Part shown: positions 23,180 to 24,000 of the stretch, one piece after another
Layout of the letters: each line of letters opens with the position of its first letter
Numbering within the stretch: position 1 is the first letter of the stretch
Source of the DNA: Candidatus Omnitrophota bacterium
GTDB taxonomy: Bacteria; Omnitrophota; Gorgyraeia; Gygaellales; Profunditerraquicolaceae
Direction: 5' to 3'
Assembly (NCBI GenBank): GCA_030691865.1
Contig: JAUYDL010000017.1
Span: 8,312-32,311 of the forward strand
DNA: 24,000 bases
The notes under the pieces: generated by a model
What the model was told of the DNA's origin: nothing
Seen by the model: only the letters and a program-made list of their open reading frames with translations
Database searches by the model: none
Position numbers and translations under genes: made by a program

Positions 23180-24000
23180 AACTCTATGCCGATCAAACAA
23201 TAACCAGAGACTATCTCCCGGCACATCTTGATATAAATGATGAATTCAAGTCAGCATTTGATCTTATGGAGTATACCAAGGAATGCTTTTTTATCACCGG
23301 TAAGGCGGGTACCGGTAAATCGACCCTGCTAAAATATTTTAAGGCCAATACGGGTAAAAAGATAATCGTGTTAGCCCCGACAGGTGTCGCGGCCATCAAT
23401 GTCGGCGGCCAGACTATACATTCTTTCTTTAGATTACCTCCAAAGATTATTCAAAAGGATGCCATAAAGCATCTTAGGGGTAAGAGCCTGATTGAGAATC
23501 TCGATATGGTAATAATAGACGAGGTGTCGATGGTCCGAGCGGACCTTATGGATGGCATCGACTATGCATTACGTCTCAACCGCAATAGAATGAAGACGCC
23601 GTTTGGCGGAGTCCAAATGGTATTTTTTGGAGATCTTTTCCAGCTATCTCCTGTGGTCGAGAATGAAGCAAGGGAGTTACTGGAAGAGCGATATTCAAGT
23701 CCTTATTTTTTTAGCGCTAAAGTGTTTAACGATTGCAATATCAGGTCCATCGAGTTGTCGACTATATATAGACAAAAAGATAGTTCGTTCATGGAGCTCT
23801 TAAACAGGGTCAGGAATAAAGAGCATACTAAAGAGGACCTGGATACATTAAATAAGAGGGTCCAAAAAGATACCGCGGTTTCTAAGAAAGACGAGACGGT
23901 GATCCTGACAACGACGAACAGCCTGGCAAGCAAAATAAATCAGTATCGCTTATCAAGGCTTCCCGGCAAAGAGATAACGTATAAGGCCATGGCTTCCGGG
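23176..24000 (+). CDS. Pif1/RecD-like SF1B DNA helicase, N-terminal 275 aa (truncated by window end)
   Basis: This ORF is not in the supplied track because it has no stop within the window. The ATG at 23176 overlaps the MBL stop as ATGA. Walker A is ITGKAGTGKST, Walker B is VIIDEVSM, and the Pif1-type block FGGVQMVFFGDLFQLSPV and YRQKD are present. The frame stays open to base 24000. Confidence 0.8.
   Translation, partial: MKLYADQTITRDYLPAHLDINDEFKSAFDLMEYTKECFFITGKAGTGKSTLLKYFKANTGKKIIVLAPTGVAAINVGGQTIHSFFRLPPKIIQKDAIKHLRGKSLIENLDMVIIDEVSMVRADLMDGIDYALRLNRNRMKTPFGGVQMVFFGDLFQLSPVVENEARELLEERYSSPYFFSAKVFNDCNIRSIELSTIYRQKDSSFMELLNRVRNKEHTKEDLDTLNKRVQKDTAVSKKDETVILTTTNSLASKINQYRLSRLPGKEITYKAMASG

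Noticed and set aside
1-24000. CRISPR arrays, rRNA genes, a preQ1 riboswitch upstream of the que genes, and integron or retron-like structures
   Set aside because: No regularly spaced direct repeats and no rRNA-like sequence were seen. queD overlaps murI, so there is no leader in which a riboswitch could sit. No reverse transcriptase or integrase ORF is present in the window.

Overview
This window looks like a chromosomal segment from an AT-leaning diderm bacterium, judging by LptF/LptG, an AsmA-like protein and a lipoprotein amidase. I cannot place it taxonomically from sequence alone. Most of it is tightly packed housekeeping genes. On the + strand these are tsaB, alr, pyrE, a HI0933-type flavoprotein, a Maf/M48 open reading frame, a secreted glycoside hydrolase, an AEC transporter, smpB plus tmRNA, an amidase, murI, the complete preQ0/preQ1 set queD-queC-queE-queF, a two-subunit class I fumarate hydratase, rph and rdgB. 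On the - strand are comF, lptF and lptG. Three parts are not ordinary. (1) At 18.7-21.6 kb, the tRNA-Pro(UGG), tRNA-Arg(UCU) and tRNA-His(GUG) genes each associate with a different selfish element: a GIY-YIG nuclease ORF, a group I intron in the anticodon loop, and an HNH nuclease ORF. Each tRNA is also preceded by a diverged 5' pseudo-copy of itself. (2) At 1.8-2.5 kb, an IS200-like/REP-associated tyrosine transposase gene is bracketed by inverted copies of a GGGGACGGTTCT hairpin, and a third copy of the hairpin lies at 10.04 kb. (3) Downstream of tRNA-His there is a decayed RelE/ParE toxin module. It is followed by a translationally coupled MBL-fold hydrolase plus Pif1-like helicase pair that runs off the window end. 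No CRISPR array and no rRNA were seen. All calls rest on reading motifs and structures by eye. No database search or folding program was available, so RNA boundaries are approximate to a few nucleotides.
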